Below are positions 60,056-64,000 of a stretch of DNA of 64,000 nt, piece by piece; within the stretch, counting starts at the first letter, position 1; each line of letters starts with the position of its first letter. The DNA is from Mobula hypostoma (taxonomy: Eukaryota): positions 108,006,001 through 108,070,000 of the forward strand of contig NC_086097.1 of the NCBI RefSeq assembly GCF_963921235.1. Direction: 5' to 3'. The notes under the pieces were generated by a model. It saw only the letters and a list, made by a program, of their open reading frames with translations, searched no databases and had not been told where the DNA came from. Both the position numbers and the translations under genes were made by a program.

Positions 60056-63000
60056 ACTGACCATCTTGCAGAGGGATTCTTGTTCCTTTAAGAAAAACTA
60101 GGCAAAATAATACCGATAGTCAGAAATGGCCAGTTCTGATGCAAAACGTACACAACTCATGCCTTCCTTCTTTCATATTAGTGTTGGCTATTTCTGCTGC
60201 TTTTTTATTATTATGGCTCAGTTTTTTTCTTTTATTTTTGTATAGTTTGTCCTGCTAGACATGTCATCCTGCCTTATCAATAGCAATACATTACACAAAT
60301 AAAGAAGCTGAAACGTAAGTTAACTTTTCTTTAACTGCCACAATGGGGTCTCACCACATCAAGGATATTTCTTTTGTTTCACCCACCTTCCTCCCCATCC
60401 TTCTGAATGTTAAAACTAGGTTGTTTCTCGATTCCCTCTCTTTACCAGGTCCAGGACCTGAAATGTTAACCAATTCTCTTCCAGTAGTTGCTGGATGCCC
60501 ATCTGAGTTCTTTCAACAACTTTTTTGCCCCCAGATTTCCAGTATTTGTAGTTTTGTTTTCTCCTTTAACTGGCTGGGTCGCTATAATATACGCCCTCTA
60601 GTGGAGTATCCAGCAGGATGCAATAGCACTGAACAGACGAACACAAAGTTGGTGGTGTACTCCCTGTAGTGTAAACAAGGCAATCATGACCTCTCTGTTC
60701 ATTTTCATTGGTTTTTAAATATAGCTAACACGGAATTTATATTTCATAGTCTAAATTCCAAGGCCAAGAGGATACCTGTCAATGGAAGGTATATTTGATT
60801 TTGCTGAACTTGCAAAAGGCGAGAATGTGCTTTACCTTCCTCTTAGGTTTCAAGGTAAGCTTAATAAAGAAGTAGAAAAAACGAATGGTGACTTGCCATT
60901 GCTCTTGCTTATTGAGTGACTAGAATACTTGTAACCTTGTGTAAAGAAAGAGAGGCTGACATTCATCCAGTAGCAAACAATCTGTGAAATCTGATTTATC
61001 ATTTTATAGTACAATTGCATTTTTACATTCCAAACTGTTGTATGAGACTAGCCATTCAACAGTTTTATCATCTGTCTGGTGAAAGAGATGTCAGATTTAA
61101 TTGTTTTGATTTTTGGTTTGCCCTTCAGCAAGCAGGTGCTTTTTAAAAAATCCTGGTTGTGGTTGAATCCAATTCCCCCTTCACTGATTGCAGCTTGGTA
61201 GGCTCCAGAATGAGACAGCCACATTACTGAGCATGTCTGATGCAGAGCTGAGAGGTGATGCAGTTGGAGAAGTGGTGAATGTCAAGGCCTTGGGCAAGTT
61301 GTGAAATGAGAGATGTGTGCATCAGCATTGCGAGTAAGTAGCCGCGAATATCGATATCTGATTGGAAAGGAGCAGCGATGTTGTTGCTACCTCCTATTGT
61401 AGATAATGCACTGGGCTAATCTATAATTGATATGTGAGTGATGGTTAACAATTCTGTGGCAAATGATATTAAGAGCTCAAGTAAAAACAGTGACATGGAT
61501 CAAGCAGGAAATATTGGAGCTTTCGGACTGAGCGGTGCAGTAGAATGTAATGGATGGTGAATTAGTCCTGTTTCAGGTAAGCTGTGACCTGCTGCAGTGC
61601 CGCTCCAGAAGGTGTGTAAACGGCTGCAAATGAGAATTCATACTGAGTGATTGGAATTGACGGTTTTAATTAGATTACTGTCATTGACTGAGATACATAG
61701 ATAGAGCATATCTCAAAGCTTCTGGATGAAGTGCAAATTCTGTTACCATGCACCGACAGTAATTTCTTGGGGACCCGTTCAATAAAGTATACATTGTACA
61801 GAAATTAACTCTGAGCACCCATAACAGAGTTTCTTGACAGGATTTATTTAATTATTCGATGAAGGTTATAATTGAAACAAAATGACTTCCAATATTTTGG
61901 CATTGCAACATGATATTAAATCTTAACCGTTAAGATATAAAAAAATCAACCGAAAATAGTCTTCCAGACTGCACCCAAACATTAAAATATTGTAAAAGCA
62001 TTGAAGCTGTTTATTAAATTAAACACAGTACTTGTACTTTTCTCCTCAAATTTGCGTAAAGAGAACAGGTTGATCACACAGCTATTTTTAAAGGTTTGTG
62101 GAGTTGCAAAGAATTTTCAATGCTGCCAGTAATAAGATAACCAATGAAAGTGCCATTTAAAAATTAATAATCTCAGATATGCTGAAAGGTTGTCAATGAA
62201 GTTTGAGCTGATCTTACTGACTGATTTTTCCCCCCCATTTAGTTCCTGAAAGGTGGGAGCTTTGCCTCAGCAGCATTCCTTGGCTGCTGGTAAACCTCCT
62301 GTGACTTGCTAAAGTGGCCGTAATTGATGCGTAAATCTAGGGTATGAATGCCGTCAAATCATTGAATGACACGGATGAAACATTTCATTTTTCAACTACA
62401 CTTTTCATGAGTGCTCCTGGCTACAAAGATTATAGGATAACAATCAGCAGATGGTTGCTCTTCTATCTTGCCGACTGAATGTTTAATAGTATAACAATTA
62501 AAAAAAAATTAAAATGTGAACAAATATTTAAGTTGTGCGAGTGGTAACGTCATGCCAACAAGTACTCAATTGCAGGCAATATGTTACATAGTTTTGTGAA
62601 ACTACTGAAAATATAGTGCTTAGGGCACACATTTAATTTTCAATGTTATTTTCTATACATTTTAAGTGTACTTAAATTTGGACATGGAGTGCTTCTTTTA
62701 TTGGGTGAACTTGTACTTGAAGTATTTGTAGGTTCTGTTGTCTAAATAGTGAAGTGTAATAATGTAAATATGCAAAGCACCTGGTTAAACAGGATTTATC
62801 ATTATAATGATGGCAATATGGTCAGAACTGCCAGGCTTTGCTTCATTATTTAGAAATACAATCAACACAGAATCAGTGATTTGACAGGCAATGCTTTTGA
62901 TTTAAGGGGGAAAAAAACTGTTATAGTTTGTTTGACTAGAAACAGCTGAGTTTTTAGTGTCAATCTATTTCATAGTTATTGGAGAACATCTCCCCAGTCT

Positions 63001-64000
63001 AGCTTGGAAAAAAATATCAACAGGTAGATGTTTTAAAATTGCAACTCATTTCTAAGTTTTGTATGCTACTTCAACAATTGTCTTTTATCCTGTATGCAGT
63101 GTACATTTTCAGTATAATAATTAAAGTGTGAATTCTAGTCTTTGCATTCCACTTCAGCTTTGGGATCTGGGAACTACTTAACATGGTCAGCTTAGCAACA
63201 TGCTTCATTTACAGTTTTTCTGGTCATCTTTCAGATAGAACCCTATTCCTAATCTACTCAAAATGACATTCAGGCCAATGGTTCTTTGAGTTTCTAATTT
63301 TATTTATTTGTACAAAGAACTTTTTGGAGGATAACTATGTTCAGTTAATTATGTTCAGTTAGTGTGCTTATCACCGATTCACATTTCTTGCTGAAATGAT
63401 TTTGTATTGGATAATTTTTACTACCACTTCTATGAACAGTCTTTTCGGTACTCAGTGTTAAAACTAGAGATTGAATTAACGAGCAAAAGAACCTATCTGA
63501 CTTATTTATTTATTTTAAAATTTATTTCTCTCATATATGAGCATGGCTTTTCACCTTTCTTTTTCAAAATTATTCAGTAGTATTAATTTTGCATCTCATG
63601 AATCAACAAGTTAGTGTGATGTTCGTTTTGAGCAAAGCAAATTTGAAGCCAGTTAAGCACATTATCAAGAAACTATTGAACATTTTGGTTTCCTTTAATA
63701 GACCTGACTCAGTTAATTAATTTTAAGTCATGGCAAAGTTGATACTGACACAGCAGTTGCCTAAGTTCAGGTTTAAATTATGTGGTGACATTGAGTAAGT
63801 GGAGCTTTAGTCTGCCTCCATCATGCCCTGTATTTGGAATAGGAATGATGTGTATTTGTGCTGAATGACAGAAGATTGAAAATGTCCAGTGAAATACAGT
63901 ATATACTTGAGAAGGAAGCCATTAACCTATTGTGTTCATACTGGTCAAAACCTGACTTTAAATTAACACAACTTCCCAACCATCAGTAAGTAAATTTAGG

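Noticed and set aside
60343..60669. 108-aa ORF
   Set aside because: Mostly overlaps a decayed PLE 3' UTR; no recognisable domain.

Overview
Eukaryotic, repeat-saturated vertebrate DNA. The TE repertoire (CR1, Rex1/Babar, RTE, Tx1, R4, HERO, Penelope-like, V-SINE, Gypsy, hAT) points to a cartilaginous fish, probably a ray; this is inference. Most of 1-60.6 kb is decayed or nested transposons, and most ORF-track entries are TE fragments or antisense shadows. One host gene can be supported: a minus-strand gene with a CpG-rich 5' end, coding exon 1 at 9341-9409 and exon 2 at 808-982. The exons splice in phase to give MRGVSKRR...LKYLLLIVVIPPFLNYASLQREGALLQPQG, which I recall as the membrane-anchored N-terminus of an uncharacterised alpha/beta-hydrolase; the gene continues beyond the left edge. 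Its first intron holds a Penelope-like element with ~700-bp inverted arms and minimal hammerhead ribozymes. Other notable items: a kink-turn plus pseudoknot candidate in a HERO retrotransposon 3' UTR, a 33 x 48-bp minisatellite that arose inside a Rex1 LINE, a twin-primed RTE, a four-deep TE nest, a full-length decayed Gypsy with LTRs/PBS/PPT/TSD, and hAT elements carrying LINE cargo. The last ~3.3 kb is TE-poor and may contain the first exons or enhancers of a plus-strand gene. No CRISPR, rRNA or true tRNA genes were found.
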